Source of the DNA: Polyangiales bacterium
Lineage (GTDB): Bacteria > Myxococcota_A > Polyangia > Polyangiales > Ga0077539
Assembly (NCBI GenBank): GCA_044229975.1
Contig: JBGARZ010000001.1
Location: forward strand, 288,001-352,000
Direction of reading: 5' to 3'
DNA: 64,000 nt
This document shows positions 45,713 to 54,893 of the stretch, piece by piece. The position numbers and the translations under genes were made by a program. How positions within the stretch are numbered: the first letter of the stretch is position 1; each line of letters opens with the position of its first letter. The notes under the pieces were generated by a model, which was given only the letters and a program-made list of their open reading frames with translations, searched no databases and was not told the origin of the DNA.

Positions 45713-47439
45713 GCCCCCGCGTCGCGCGTCGCCGCCTCCGCCAGAAACGCCGCCCGCAACGCCGCCAGGTTCACCTTCGCGCGCGCCTCGCACGCCTCCG
45801 CGCTCTCGCCTTCCAGCCGCGGCTCGCGGTGGTCGAAGTAGTACTTGATCTTCGGCTCCGTCCCGCTCGGCCGCAGCATCACCCGCGACCCGCCTTCGAG
45901 CTCCAGGCGCAGCACATTGGACGGCGGCAGCCCCATCGCCCTCTCGCCTGCTGCGTCCTTCTTCACGCCGCTCTGGTAGTCCGACCACGCCACGACGCGC
46001 CTGCCCGCGAGCGACTCCACCGGCCTCGCGCGAAAGGCCGCCATGATGTCCGCGATGCGCTTCTGCCCCGACGCGCCCGGCGCCGTCAGGTTGTGCTGCC
46101 CCGACACGAAGAGCCCGTGCGTCGCGTGGATCTCCTCCAGCCGATCGAGCAGCGTCTGCCCCTTCGCCTTGAGCTCCGACGCCAGCGCCGCGACCATGAG
46201 CGCCGCCGAGACGCCGTCCTTGTCGCGCACCCACGGCGTCACCGCGTACCCGAGCGCCTCCTCGTAGCCGAACTCGAAGCGCTCCTCTCCCTTGGCCTCC
46301 GCCGCGATCGCCACCTGCGCGATCCACTTGAAGCCCGTGAGCACCTCGGCGTAGCGCGCCCCGTACGACGCCGCGATCACCCCGAGCAGCGGCGACGACA
46401 CGATGCTCGTCGCCACCACCCGCGGCCCCGACGTGCGCCGCAGGATGTGGTCCCCCAACAGAGCGCCCACCTCGTTGCCCGTGAGGGGCCGCCACCGATC
46501 GCCATCCGGCACCGCGACCGCGAGGCGATCGGCGTCGGGGTCGTTGGCGAGCGCGACATCGGCGTTCTTCGAAGCAGCCAACGCGAGGAGGAGGTCCATC
46601 GCGCCGGGCTCTTCGGGGTTGGGAAAGCGCACCGTGGGAAAGCGCCCGTCGGGCTGCGACTGCTCGGGCACCGAGAACGCCGTCCCGTACGGCTTCAGCA
46701 CGTCCATCGTGAAGCGATCGCCCACGCCGTGCATGGCCGTGTACGCGATCGTCAGCGGCGCCTTCGGCACACCCGCCTGCGCGATGAGGTCGACGTAGTC
46801 CTCCTCGACCTTCTCGCCGAGCGACTCCCACAAGCCCTTCGCGCGCGCCTCTTCCTCCTCGACGACCTTCACCTCGGCGAGCGACGTGATGCCCGCGATC
46901 TCCGCCGCGATCCCGCCATCCACCGGCGGAACGATCTGCGCCCCATGATCCCAGTACACCTTGTAGCCGTTGTACTCGGGCGGGTTGTGGCTCGCCGTAA
47001 CGACCACACCCGCCGCCGCGCCCAGTCGCTTCACCGCGAAGGCCACCACGGGCGTCGGAACCTCCCTCCCGAACACCTTCGCCTTCACCCCTTCGCCCGC
47101 GAGCGCCCGCGCCACGTCGCGCGCAAACACCCTGCTCCCGCGCCGCCCATCGAAGCCGACGATCACTCCAAGCTCCGCCGCCCGCGCGACCGTCACCTTG
47201 AGGTGCCGCGCCAGCGCCGCCGAGGTCCGCAACACCACCGCGCGGTTCATCCGGTTGGGCCCCGCGCCCATCAGCCCGCGCAGCCCCGCGGTGCCGAACT
47301 CCAGCGTCGTCCCGAAGCGATCCGCGATCGCCGCGTCGTCGCCGCGCGCCAGCAGCTCGCCGAGCTCGGCCTTCGTCTCGGGGTCGGGGTCCTCCGCCAT
47401 CCAGCGCTGGGCCGCGTGTCGAAGCTCTTCCGGGTTCAT
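45709..47439 (-). CDS. Phosphomannomutase/phosphoglucomutase
   Basis: FGTAGLRG, TASHNP (phosphoserine), DPDADR, YEEALG, RPSGTEPKIKYY; ATGA overlap with the upstream gene. Confidence 0.95.
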   Translation of the reverse strand: MNPEELRHAAQRWMAEDPDPETKAELGELLARGDDAAIADRFGTTLEFGTAGLRGLMGAGPNRMNRAVVLRTSAALARHLKVTVARAAELGVIVGFDGRRGSRVFARDVARALAGEGVKAKVFGREVPTPVVAFAVKRLGAAAGVVVTASHNPPEYNGYKVYWDHGAQIVPPVDGGIAAEIAGITSLAEVKVVEEEEARAKGLWESLGEKVEEDYVDLIAQAGVPKAPLTIAYTAMHGVGDRFTMDVLKPYGTAFSVPEQSQPDGRFPTVRFPNPEEPGAMDLLLALAASKNADVALANDPDADRLAVAVPDGDRWRPLTGNEVGALLGDHILRRTSGPRVVATSIVSSPLLGVIAASYGARYAEVLTGFKWIAQVAIAAEAKGEERFEFGYEEALGYAVTPWVRDKDGVSAALMVAALASELKAKGQTLLDRLEEIHATHGLFVSGQHNLTAPGASGQKRIADIMAAFRARPVESLAGRRVVAWSDYQSGVKKDAAGERAMGLPPSNVLRLELEGGSRVMLRPSGTEPKIKYYFDHREPRLEGESAEACEARAKVNLAALRAAFLAEAATRDAGA

Positions 47440-48308
47440 GTCGTCTCCGTCCTTCCGATGCGCCACCGCGCCGTCTTCCCGGCGCCCGTCTGATCCACCG
47501 CGCCGCGCCGCCGCAGCCGTTCGAGGTGCGCCCGCGCGCTCTTCGCCGCCACCGGCCACAGCCACGCCGGCGTGTCGTCGTACGCCCGCGCCACCACCGC
47601 GGACACCGTGTCGGCGCCGCCTGCGACGGCCGCGCGGATACGCTCCTCGCGGGCGAGTCGGTGGGTCACGTATCCCTTGAGCTTCGCGACGCCGTTCGCA
47701 ATGGGTTCGCCGTGCGCGGGGAAGAGCGTGGTCGGCGCGAGGTCGGCCATGCGTCCGAGCTGCGCGAGGTAGTCGTCCATGTCGCCGTCGTCGTCGGGGT
47801 CGATGACGATGGTGCTCACCGACGAGAGCATGTCGCCGACGATCATCCACCCGGCCGATCGCTCGTGCAGGCACACGTGCCCCGGCGCGTGCCCGGGCGT
47901 GTGCAGCACCGCGAGATCGAGCCCCACCGCGCGACCGAGCTCACCCTCCGAGCCATCGAGCAGCGAGTGCACCTCGACCCGCCCCGTGAGCTTCTCGCGG
48001 GTGCGCGCGTGGGCCAGCAACGGAACGCCAAACCGCTGGCACACGGCCGTCGCACCGCCGATGTGATCGGCGTGGTGGTGCGTCGCGATGACGGCGATCA
48101 GCTTGTGACCGCGCTCGATGCGAGCCTCGATGAGCTCGTGCAGGCGCGCCTGCTCGGGCCCGTACGGAGACGAGGGCTCGACGAGATAGAAGTCGCGCGC
48201 GCCGACGAAATAGCTGTTGGTGTGCGTCGCTGGCGGGAGCGTCGGGGTGCGCAGCGGGAGAAGCTCGACGCCGACGGCGTCCGTGTCCTGGAGGCTGTCA
48301 TCGCGCAT
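47436..48308 (-). CDS. MBL-fold metallo-hydrolase (LACTB2-like) with a C-terminal winged helix
   Basis: TPTLPPATHTN, THHHADHIGG, HTPGHAPGH, VGD, PAHG, HRLARE. Confidence 0.9.
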   Translation of the reverse strand: MRDDSLQDTDAVGVELLPLRTPTLPPATHTNSYFVGARDFYLVEPSSPYGPEQARLHELIEARIERGHKLIAVIATHHHADHIGGATAVCQRFGVPLLAHARTREKLTGRVEVHSLLDGSEGELGRAVGLDLAVLHTPGHAPGHVCLHERSAGWMIVGDMLSSVSTIVIDPDDDGDMDDYLAQLGRMADLAPTTLFPAHGEPIANGVAKLKGYVTHRLAREERIRAAVAGGADTVSAVVARAYDDTPAWLWPVAAKSARAHLERLRRRGAVDQTGAGKTARWRIGRTETT

Positions 48309-48376
48309 CGGCTCGACCGCGGCCGACACTACCACGGCACACAGCGCGGACTCCCATGGTGGTAGCGTCCCGGATC

Positions 48377-50158
48377 GTGAAGCGCGCAAGCCGTTGGGCC
48401 GGATGTTTCGTCGTGGTCGCGCTGGGCTGTCGCGGCCCCACCAACGCCGGCCTCTATCCCGAGGACGTCCCTCCGCAAGACCGCGCCGCCGTGGGCAACG
48501 ACCTCGCCGCGAGCGACACCCCTGAGTCGCCTGACGCGCCCATCTCGTCCGACGCCCCCGGTGACGACACGCCCGCCGTCACGCTCGACGTGCCCTCGCC
48601 CGATGTCCCCTCGATCGACATGCCCGTCGCGATGGACCTGGGCATGGACGCGGGCACGACCGCCCCCGACGTCCGAACCGACGCCGGAACGGTCGTCCCC
48701 ACGGACTTCGGCGGCCCCGTCGACCTCGGCCCGCGCAACGATATCGGTCCGCTGACCGCGGGCATCGGCGAGGGTCTCTCACCCGACGCGCGGCCCGAGG
48801 TGCGTGTGACCTGCGGGGGAGTGGTTCCGCCGGCGCCGCGGGTGACAGCGGGCGCGGCCGACCGGTTCGTGCTGCGTGGGCGTGTGGTCACGCCGACGGG
48901 TGTGCTCGCGACAGGCGAGGTGCTCTTCGCGGGCAACACGCTGACGTGCGTGGCGGCGAGCTGCGCGGGGCGCACGGGCTACGCGGGCGCGACCATCATC
49001 GAGACGGGCGGCGTCATCTCGGCGGGGATGATCGATACGCACAACCACCCGCAGTACAACTTCCTCCCCCCTTGGCCGCCCGTGCGGCGCTACACGCGCT
49101 CATCCCAGTGGCAGGACGAGCCCTCGTATCACGACTTCACCGACGTCATCCGCAACAACGAAAACCTCAACGTCGGAGGCGTCAGCAACACGTGCGCGAT
49201 GGTGAAGTGGGGCGAGCTCCGCGCGATCATGGCGGGCACCACGACCATCCAGGGCGGGCCCAACCGCGTGTGCGTGACGCGCACCCTCGCGCGCAACATC
49301 GAGTACGGCAACGACTTCGGCGGCGTCGACCACCACCGCCCCAACACCCTTGGCATCTCCACGGTCAACGCGACGGACGCCATGGGGCTCCGCGCCGACA
49401 TGGATTCGGGCGAGCTCACCGCGTACATCCTCCACCTGAGCGAGGGCATCGACGAGCCCGCCCGGCGCGAGTTCGACCTGCTCGCGACGCGCAACCTCAT
49501 CACGCCCGCCATGGTGATCATCCACGGCACCGCGCTCGGCGTGCCCGAGTTCACGCAGCTCGGCGCGGGTCGCTCGAAGCTCATCTGGTCGCCCCGCTCC
49601 AACATCATCCTCTACGGTCGCACCACCAACGTCGGCCTCGCGCTCGACATGGGCATGACCGTCGCGCTGGCCCCCGACTGGACCCCGTCGGGCGGCCCCA
49701 ACCTCCTGTCCGAGCTGCGCTACGGCCGGTACGTCTCGCAGGTCGCGCTCTCGGGTCGCTTGAGCTCGCGCGACCTCGTCGAGATGGTGACCTCGCGCGC
49801 GGCAACCGCCGTCGATCGCCCGCAGGTCGGGTCGCTGGTCGACGGCCGCTACGCCGACGTCATGGTGGTGCCCGACCGGGGCTGTGACGCGTACGACACG
49901 CTCATCGACGCGCCCGCTGCCGACGTTCGCCTGGTGGTAGTCGGCGGCCGCCCCATGTACGGCGACGCCGCCCTCATGAACGCCCTGCCCGACGCCGCTC
50001 GCGCGCGCTGCGAGGCAGTCTCGGTGTGCGGTCAGTCCAAGACCATGTGCGCGGCCCTCGCGACGACGACCGACGGGCTCAACCAGACGCTGGCCAACGT
50101 CGAGTCCCAGCTCCGCACCTTCACGGACCCGTATCCCCTCGTCCCCCTGTGTCCTTGA
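48377..50158 (+). CDS. Exported amidohydrolase-family lipoprotein
   Basis: ALGC lipobox; Asp/Pro linker; GMIDTHNH, LHLSEG, IIHG, WSPRSN, LAPDW, G.YAD; TGGTAGCGT 8 nt before GTG 48377. Confidence 0.85.
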   Translation: MKRASRWAGCFVVVALGCRGPTNAGLYPEDVPPQDRAAVGNDLAASDTPESPDAPISSDAPGDDTPAVTLDVPSPDVPSIDMPVAMDLGMDAGTTAPDVRTDAGTVVPTDFGGPVDLGPRNDIGPLTAGIGEGLSPDARPEVRVTCGGVVPPAPRVTAGAADRFVLRGRVVTPTGVLATGEVLFAGNTLTCVAASCAGRTGYAGATIIETGGVISAGMIDTHNHPQYNFLPPWPPVRRYTRSSQWQDEPSYHDFTDVIRNNENLNVGGVSNTCAMVKWGELRAIMAGTTTIQGGPNRVCVTRTLARNIEYGNDFGGVDHHRPNTLGISTVNATDAMGLRADMDSGELTAYILHLSEGIDEPARREFDLLATRNLITPAMVIIHGTALGVPEFTQLGAGRSKLIWSPRSNIILYGRTTNVGLALDMGMTVALAPDWTPSGGPNLLSELRYGRYVSQVALSGRLSSRDLVEMVTSRAATAVDRPQVGSLVDGRYADVMVVPDRGCDAYDTLIDAPAADVRLVVVGGRPMYGDAALMNALPDAARARCEAVSVCGQSKTMCAALATTTDGLNQTLANVESQLRTFTDPYPLVPLCP

Positions 50159-50193
50159 CTCCGGTGCGCCCGCGCGGCTAACGCTTCGCCACC

Positions 50194-50481
50194 ATGGCCG
50201 AGAACGAACGCCTCCTGGGAATGCTCCGCGCCCTCGCTGAAGTGAAGGAGGAGGACGGTTCCTTCACTGCTCCGGATACGGCGCTGCTGACGTTGCATGC
50301 GGGCCACCAGGGCGTCCCCCTGACGGTGACGCAGGTGACGACGGTGACCGTCCGCGGCGCGCTCGTCGTGGCGCAGACGACCAAGGGTCAGCGCTACGTT
50401 CTCGATGCGTCGGACGTGTATGCGATCGCGCAGGAGTCGGCCCCCACCGATCGTGGTGGCCGGAAGGCTGGGTTCTTCTGA
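50194..50481 (+). CDS. Hypothetical 95-aa protein
   Basis: GC3-biased ORF ending GRKAGFF. Confidence 0.65.
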   Translation: MAENERLLGMLRALAEVKEEDGSFTAPDTALLTLHAGHQGVPLTVTQVTTVTVRGALVVAQTTKGQRYVLDASDVYAIAQESAPTDRGGRKAGFF

Positions 50482-50532
50482 GTCTGGCCTAGAGGGTCGA
50501 CGGCGGAGCAGGCGGGCGGTGACCGGGGAGGG

Positions 50533-50886
50533 TCAGCGCCCGACCTGAACGCTGCCCTGGAAGGTCGGAACCGCGACGCCAACCCCAGCGCCGTAGGCCG
50601 GGCGTGCGTACACCGGCTGCTGGTAGACCGGCTGCTGATAGGCCGGCTGCGCGACCACGGCGCCCTGGAAGAAGGGGGCGTGACGCTGGTAGTAGCCCGG
50701 CCGGTAGTAGGTGCCGCCGTAGGTGCCGCCCTGGTAGTAGACGGTGTTGGGCTGCGCGTACGTGGTGTAGCCGTAGCTCCCGTAGACGCCGGGCTGGGCC
50801 CCGACGAAGCAGCCACCGAGGGCGTAGGCCGCGCCCGTGACGCCGAGCGCGAAGAGAGTGGAGCGGGCGATGGTCGAGAGGTTCAT
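50533..50886 (-). CDS. Small Tyr/Gln/Pro/Gly-rich lipoprotein
   Basis: ATG 50886 with TGGTAGCGT 7 nt upstream; LGGC lipobox; YQQPV repeats. Confidence 0.7.
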   Translation of the reverse strand: MNLSTIARSTLFALGVTGAAYALGGCFVGAQPGVYGSYGYTTYAQPNTVYYQGGTYGGTYYRPGYYQRHAPFFQGAVVAQPAYQQPVYQQPVYARPAYGAGVGVAVPTFQGSVQVGR

Positions 50887-51020
50887 GGTTTTCACGCTAC
50901 CACCCCCCAGAGGGTCTTTCCAACGAGCGCAGTGGCGATGGATGGAGGGCGCGCGGCGCGGGGGGTGAGCAGCGGCGGCGACCGTCTGGGGCGATGGTAC
51001 GAGGACAGCCCGCCAGAGTT

Positions 51021-51602
51021 TCACTCCATGATCATGACGGATGGGCGGATTAGCGGTCGGTCGACCTCGTACGGCGGGTCACCTGGGGCCGTGGCGAGCA
51101 CCGCGATGGCGTAGGGCTGGGCGGTCGCAGAGCTGGAGAGTTCGAGGCGCCAGACACCATCGTGGGCGGCGCACGCCAGACGCCGACGACCAAGGACCAT
51201 CAGAGGAGCAAACACGGTGCTCTCGTCGTCCACGACCGTCGACTGATCGTAGAGGCGTAGCGTTCGCGGGTCGGACGAAGGCATCGCGACGATGATGCGA
51301 TAGCAAAGCCCCGCCTGGACGGGCACCTGGTGCACGGCGGGCCGACCCGCCGTCGTCGTCGCGTGCGTGTCGCGGAAGACCCGCGAGAAGACCTGCTGCT
51401 CACGCGCGACGTACAGGTCGAGCTGCGCTTGGAGCGCCGCGTCCCACGGCCGATGGTGCGTCGGTGGCGAAGCGACGAGCGCCTGTCCGAGAGGAATCGA
51501 TGGTGATGATGGTGGGATCGCGCGGGAGTCGGCGGTGACCGGCGCGGGGCTCGCGCAGCCGCTCGCGAGGAGCAGCGACGCGAGCGTGCGCCACGGAGAC
51601 AT
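51021..51602 (-). CDS. Hypothetical lipoprotein with a PPC-like beta-sandwich
   Basis: ASGC lipobox; AGLCYRII...LRLYD, resembling the upstream neighbour's domain. Confidence 0.6.
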   Translation of the reverse strand: MSPWRTLASLLLASGCASPAPVTADSRAIPPSSPSIPLGQALVASPPTHHRPWDAALQAQLDLYVAREQQVFSRVFRDTHATTTAGRPAVHQVPVQAGLCYRIIVAMPSSDPRTLRLYDQSTVVDDESTVFAPLMVLGRRRLACAAHDGVWRLELSSSATAQPYAIAVLATAPGDPPYEVDRPLIRPSVMIME

Positions 51603-51609
51603 CGGGTGG

Positions 51610-52284
51610 TCAGTTGCCCGCGAAGGCCTGGACGCCGAACTCGCCGCCGCCCGAGTACATGATGATCTCGACCTGGAAGGTCCCGGAGAAGTTGAGGCAG
51701 AGCGGGCGCTGGAGGCCGAGCACGGGGAAGTTGTCCGTGGCGACGTCCTGGTCGAGCACGTTGCCGTTCATGTCGCGGAGGCGGAGGTCGAGGTCGCGCA
51801 CGCCCGCGCCGCCGACGCCGATGATGCGGTAGCAACGACCGGGCTGCGCGTCGACGGTGACGTACTGCCGCTGGCCCTGACCCATGGTCGAGCGGAAGAG
51901 CTGCGTGATGGGGATGTAGCCGGCGGCGAACTGCCGAGCGCGCAGGGACATGTGATACGAGACGAAGTCCTGCTCGGCGTAGCCGTTGGTGACCCAGGTG
52001 GCGCCCACGGGCTGAAACCCGATCTGGGCGTTGACGCCGACGCTGGGAGGCGCCGCGTACACGCCGCCCTGCACGGCGACCGTGGCGGGCGACTGGTAGA
52101 CCGGCTGCTGGTAGACGGGCGCCGGCTGCGCGACCACCGCGGTCTGCGAGGGCTGAACGTTGATGGTGCCGCTGGTGCCGTAGGTGCCCGCCGAGCCACG
52201 GACAACGCAGTCCGTGAGGGCGAGGCCCGCGATCACACTCACTCCAACACGAACGAGGGTCAGGACGGAGGCTCGGGTCGACAT
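51610..52284 (-). CDS. Lipoprotein with a YQQPV linker and a PPC-like domain
   Basis: AGGAG SD; LTDC; GRCYRIIGVGGAGVRDLDLRLRD.NG....D. Confidence 0.7.
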   Translation of the reverse strand: MSTRASVLTLVRVGVSVIAGLALTDCVVRGSAGTYGTSGTINVQPSQTAVVAQPAPVYQQPVYQSPATVAVQGGVYAAPPSVGVNAQIGFQPVGATWVTNGYAEQDFVSYHMSLRARQFAAGYIPITQLFRSTMGQGQRQYVTVDAQPGRCYRIIGVGGAGVRDLDLRLRDMNGNVLDQDVATDNFPVLGLQRPLCLNFSGTFQVEIIMYSGGGEFGVQAFAGN

Positions 52285-52446
52285 CGTTGAGATTCTCCTG
52301 CTGCGAGGGTTGTCGAGGACGACGCTGGTCCTCATACGGGGTGGTTGGTGCCATCGCCGCCCGACGGCCTTGGCGCGGTACTCTCGCGCAACCACCGGCG
52401 CGGATGCAACCGCCCGCGGCCGCGAATCCCTGGCGGGCCTTCCGCC

Positions 52447-53130
52447 TCAGCGCGCGCCGAAGATCGCCGTCCCGACGCGCACCATCGTCGCCCCCGCGGA
52501 CACGGCCACGGCCATGTCGTGGGTCATGCCCATGGACAGCTCGGGCAGCGCCTTCGCCCCGCCGTGGATCTCTCGCAGCTCGCGCAGCGCATCGAACCAG
52601 CGCCGCGATGACTCCGGGTCATCCGCCGCGGGCGGCACCGTCATCAGCCCGCGCACGTCGACCCCGGCCGTCTCCCGCGCGACCGAGAGGATCGCTTCGA
52701 GCTCCACGGGCGAGCACCCCGACTTCTGCTCCTCCATCGCCACGTTTACCTGGACGAGTACTCCGACACGCCGCCCGTCCGCCGCCGCCCGCCGCCCGAG
52801 CTCGCGCACGAGCCGCTCCGAGTCGACGCTGTGCACCACCGCCGCGTGCTTCGCGACCGGGCGCGCCTTGTTGGTCTGGAGGTGGCCGATGAAGTGCCAG
52901 CGCAGGTCGGTCAGGTCGGCGAGGGCCTCGGCCTTGGCGAGGAGTTCTTGCACGTAGTTTTCGCCGAAGTCGCGCTGCCCGGCCGCGTAGGCGGCGCGCA
53001 CCGCCTCGGGCCCGCGGGTCTTCGAGACGGCGACCAGGGTGACCTCGCGCGGGTCACGTCCGTATGCCCGCGCGGTGGCGTCGATGTCCGCCCGCACCTC
53101 GGCGAGCGCCTCGGAGATGCCCGCGGTCAC
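52447..53130 (-). CDS. yggS: PLP homeostasis protein YggS
   Basis: LVAVSKT, FGENYVQE, WHFIGHLQTNK, LSMGM, VRVGTAIFG. Confidence 0.96.
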   Translation of the reverse strand: MTAGISEALAEVRADIDATARAYGRDPREVTLVAVSKTRGPEAVRAAYAAGQRDFGENYVQELLAKAEALADLTDLRWHFIGHLQTNKARPVAKHAAVVHSVDSERLVRELGRRAAADGRRVGVLVQVNVAMEEQKSGCSPVELEAILSVARETAGVDVRGLMTVPPAADDPESSRRWFDALRELREIHGGAKALPELSMGMTHDMAVAVSAGATMVRVGTAIFGAR

Positions 53131-53753
53131 AGCGGGAAGCCGTCGATCGCCTCGGCGCGCAGCAGCACCTCGACGACGCGGTGCAACGGGAGACCGACGA
53201 CGTTGGTGTAGCTGCCCTCGATGCGCTCGACGAAGGCCCCGGCGAGCCCCTGGACCGCGTACCCGCCGGCCTTGTCGGTGCCCTCCCCCGTGGCCGCGTA
53301 CCGACGCACCTCGTCCTCGGACAATCCCCGAAAGGTCACCGCCGTGGTCTCCGCGTAGGCGGGCGCGTCGAAGGCGTCGGCGCCGTGCAGCACGAAGCCC
53401 GTCGTGACGTGGTGGGTGCGCCCCGAGAGCAGCCGCATCATGCGCCGGGCGTCATCGTCGTCGCGGGGCTTGCCGAGGAGCTCACCGCCGATGTGCACGA
53501 TGGTGTCGGCGCAGAGGATCCAGCGCGGCGGGTCGGCGCGGCCGTCGCGGTGCAGCGCGTAGAGCACCGCGGCGCCCTTCTGCCGCGCGAGCCGCGTGGC
53601 GAGAGCATCGGGCCGCTCGCCCGGCACCAGCACCTCGTCGACGTCGACGCGGTAGACCTCCACCGGCAGGTTGAGGCCCCGCAACAGTTCGAGCCGACGC
53701 GGCGACTGCGAGCCCAGGAGCAGCGGATTATCCGGACCGATCGGGCGAAGCAT
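53127..53753 (-). CDS. maf: Maf nucleotide pyrophosphatase
   Basis: LGSQSPRRLELL, ADTIV, LGKP, LSGRTH, DKAGGYAVQG, NVVGLP. Confidence 0.95.
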   Translation of the reverse strand: MLRPIGPDNPLLLGSQSPRRLELLRGLNLPVEVYRVDVDEVLVPGERPDALATRLARQKGAAVLYALHRDGRADPPRWILCADTIVHIGGELLGKPRDDDDARRMMRLLSGRTHHVTTGFVLHGADAFDAPAYAETTAVTFRGLSEDEVRRYAATGEGTDKAGGYAVQGLAGAFVERIEGSYTNVVGLPLHRVVEVLLRAEAIDGFPL

Positions 53754-53786
53754 CAGGCGAGCATTCTTCCCCGGAATGGCTTTTCG

Positions 53787-54893
53787 TCAACCGCCCGCGC
53801 GGCGCCCGACGATCGACGCGACCGACGACGCTCCGTCCGAGCTCAGCCGCGCACGAAGACCCGCGGAGAGCTCTCGCGCCATGGTCGGGCCGCGGTAGAT
53901 GAAGCCCGTATACACCTGCACCAGCGACGCGCCCGCCTCGATGAGCGCCCACGCATCGTCGGCCGTGAAGACCCCGCCCACGCCGATGACCGGGAGGTCT
54001 CGGCCCGCGCGGCGGAAGATTCTCGCGACCACCTCGCGACTGCGCGCCCGCACCGGGGCACCCGAGAGCCCGCCGGCCCCCATCGCCATCACCGCCTCGG
54101 GCGGGGTGACGAGGCCGTCGCGGCGCAGCGTGGTGTTGGTGGCGACGAGGCCCGCGAGCCCTTCGGCGCGCGCGAGGTCGACCACGGCGTCCACGTCCTC
54201 GTCCGCGAGGTCGGGCGCGATCTTCACGAGGAGCGGAACGGCCCGATCGACGAGCGCCGGGCGCACCGCGCGGACGATGGCCGCGAGCGCGTCGACGGAC
54301 TGGAGCGAACGTAGCCCCGGGGTGTTGGGCGACGACACGTTGATGACCGCGTAGTCCGCGTACGGCGCGAGGGCACGGGCGCTGGTCGCGTAGTCGGCGG
54401 GCGCGTCGGCGAGCTCGGTCACCTTGGACTTGCCGAGGTTGACGCCGACGATGACGCCATCGGGCGGGTGCGCCGCGAGGTGCTTCGCCGCGGCCTCGCA
54501 GCCGGGGTTGTTGAAGCCCATGCGGTTGATGACCGCGCCGTCACGGGGCAGCCGGAAGAGGCGGGGGCGATCGTTGCCGGGCTGCGCGTGGGCGGTGACG
54601 GTCCCCACCTCGACGAAGGAGAAGCCCATCGCGCCGAGGGCGTTGTAGGCGACGGCTTCCTTGTCGAGCCCGGCCGCGACACCGATGGGCGTGGCGAAGC
54701 GCCGACCGAAGACCTCGACGGCGAGCGATGCGTCAGCCTCGACGCCGAGGGTCGCGCGGAGGGCGGCGCGCGCCACACCGCTCGACTGCGCGAGGCTGAG
54801 CCCCGCGAGGGTGAGCGAGTGGGCCCGCTCGGCGTCGAGACCGAAGAGCAACGGGCGCAGCGCGCCGCGGTAGAGGCCGCCGACCAGGCTCAT
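53787..54893 (-). CDS. pyrD: Quinone-dependent dihydroorotate dehydrogenase
   Basis: GVAAGLDK, EVGTVT, INRMGFNN, NVSSPNTPGLR, KIAPDL, TNTT, GGLSG; ATGA overlap. Confidence 0.96.
   Translation of the reverse strand: MSLVGGLYRGALRPLLFGLDAERAHSLTLAGLSLAQSSGVARAALRATLGVEADASLAVEVFGRRFATPIGVAAGLDKEAVAYNALGAMGFSFVEVGTVTAHAQPGNDRPRLFRLPRDGAVINRMGFNNPGCEAAAKHLAAHPPDGVIVGVNLGKSKVTELADAPADYATSARALAPYADYAVINVSSPNTPGLRSLQSVDALAAIVRAVRPALVDRAVPLLVKIAPDLADEDVDAVVDLARAEGLAGLVATNTTLRRDGLVTPPEAVMAMGAGGLSGAPVRARSREVVARIFRRAGRDLPVIGVGGVFTADDAWALIEAGASLVQVYTGFIYRGPTMARELSAGLRARLSSDGASSVASIVGRRAGG

Noticed and set aside
47436..48308. Antibiotic-resistance metallo-beta-lactamase
   Set aside because: No signal peptide; the motifs and C-terminal winged helix fit the LACTB2-like cytoplasmic hydrolases
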